This document shows, piece by piece, positions 62,874 through 64,000 of a stretch of DNA of 64,000 bases (position 1 is its first letter; each line of letters begins with the position of its first letter). This DNA is from Promethearchaeota archaeon (GTDB lineage Archaea; Asgardarchaeota; Lokiarchaeia; Sigyniarchaeales; SOKP01). The stretch spans positions 33,670 through 97,669 of the forward strand of contig JAHPZE010000016.1 in assembly GCA_019058365.1 (NCBI GenBank), in the 5' to 3' direction. Both the position numbers and the translations under genes were made by a program. The notes beneath the pieces are model-generated. The model had not been told where the DNA came from. It worked only from the letters and a program-made list of their open reading frames with translations, and made no database searches.

Positions 62874-63068
62874 GTGCCAAGAGAAATTTTTGAAGAAAAT
62901 AAATTCATAGAAATCTCCGAATATGCAATTCATTGTCGAGTTAAGCGTTTAAAAGATAAAGTGAAGCTAAAATTAAGAACGAAGAAAACTCTTTATACAT
63001 ATAAAACAGATCCAGCAACAGCAGAGAGATTATTAAGAAATATCAGTTGTGATATTATAGAATTATAA
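62874..63068 (+). CDS. rpl38e: ribosomal protein L38e (eL38)
   Basis: MPREI...F......CRVKR...VKLKLRTKKTLYTYK....AERL. Confidence 0.88.
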   Translation: MPREIFEENKFIEISEYAIHCRVKRLKDKVKLKLRTKKTLYTYKTDPATAERLLRNISCDIIEL

Positions 63069-63211
63069 TTTATGTTTTATTTTTGATCAAACTTTTTATA
63101 ATCTCTTTCTTAGATTGAATATTGATAACATAAATCGATTTAGGTTTTTTATTTCAAGAGATCTATAAAATTAAAAAAAAAGAAAATTATTATAGAATTT
63201 ATCAAAAACAT

Positions 63212-64000
63212 TTATCGATGCTTTTTTTTGATTAAAACGATCGAGATTACAACTATCGCTGTAGCAATAAAAAGTATGTTATAACCAGGTATATTCTGTG
63301 TTTTTCTAGGGAAGTCAGATGGATTTAATGGATCTGTTCCTGCATCTAATTCTTCCTTGTCTGAATAACCGTCATCATCGGTATCCGCATCAGTAGGATC
63401 TGTACCAATGATATATTCATTTGAATTAGTAAGACCATCTTGATCAGGATCATTCCCTGCATCATCAACAAGTGGATTTAAATTATATGTGATCTCCCAA
63501 CCATCCGGCATACCATCATCATCAGTATCAAAATCATTAGGATTAGTGCTATGAATATTAACTTCATCACCATCATCCAACCCATCATCATCACTATCTT
63601 CGTCATTTGGGTCGGTACTATAAGTGTTTATCTCATCACCATCATTTAACCCATCATCATCACTATCATCGTCGTTAGGGTCAGTACTATAAGTGTTTAT
63701 CTCATCACCATCATTTAACCCATCATCATCAGTATCATCGTCGTTTGGGTCGGTTCCATGAGTGTTTACCTCATCACCATCATTTAACCCATCATCATCA
63801 CTATCAGAGTCATTAGGATCTGTATTATTTATGTACTCATCTAGATTTGACAGACCATCACTATCTAAATCGCTACCAGAATCGTCGCTTGTCGGATCAA
63901 GACCATTCAATACTTCCCAACCGTCGGACATACTGTCATCATCACTATCAGAATCATTAGGATCGGTTCCATAAGTGTTCACCTCATCACCATCATTTAA
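63212..64000 (-). CDS. cell-surface protein with TSP3-like DxDxDG calcium-binding repeats and a Loki-CTERM sorting signal (5' truncated)
   Basis: Repeated DSDDDGLNDGDE..TYSTDPN units, then IPGY + TM helix + KKKHR. The frame is open to the window edge. Confidence 0.9.
   Translation of the reverse strand, partial: LNDGDEVNTYGTDPNDSDSDDDSMSDGWEVLNGLDPTSDDSGSDLDSDGLSNLDEYINNTDPNDSDSDDDGLNDGDEVNTHGTDPNDDDTDDDGLNDGDEINTYSTDPNDDDSDDDGLNDGDEINTYSTDPNDEDSDDDGLDDGDEVNIHSTNPNDFDTDDDGMPDGWEITYNLNPLVDDAGNDPDQDGLTNSNEYIIGTDPTDADTDDDGYSDKEELDAGTDPLNPSDFPRKTQNIPGYNILFIATAIVVISIVLIKKKHR
63520..64000 (-). repeat. intragenic ~69-72 bp Asp-rich tandem repeats
   Basis: ctcatcaccatcatttaacccatcatcatc recurs near 63632, 63701 and 63770 (69-nt spacing), and partially at 63983. 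Confidence 0.85.

Overview
A very AT-rich archaeal chromosome segment, almost certainly from an Asgard archaeon of the Lokiarchaeia (Promethearchaeota). It encodes a Loki-type profilin, six Rab-like small GTPases, several longin-like and V4R proteins, TBP, thermosome, Cdc48, tetraether synthase Tes, a PSTK/KTI12-family kinase, eL38, eL40 (missed by the ORF track) and a Loki-CTERM surface protein. I found no rRNA, tRNA, CRISPR array or transposase. The main finding is the ~320-nt leader of ileS. It contains an unannotated 24-codon uORF ending in MIKIISAIIII* (7 Ile in the last 10 codons), followed directly by mutually exclusive RNA stems and a U-rich tract. This is the architecture of a leader-peptide amino-acid attenuator, a mechanism classically known from bacteria. 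Other notable items are a GC-rich multi-stem candidate ncRNA or riboswitch at ~5105-5282, a protein of ten 35-aa tandem repeats, two Rab-V4R (Bet3/TRAPP-fold) gene clusters, a polyproline RING-like mini-protein and a probable ATA start codon. All calls come from reading motifs by eye. No database search or folding program was run.
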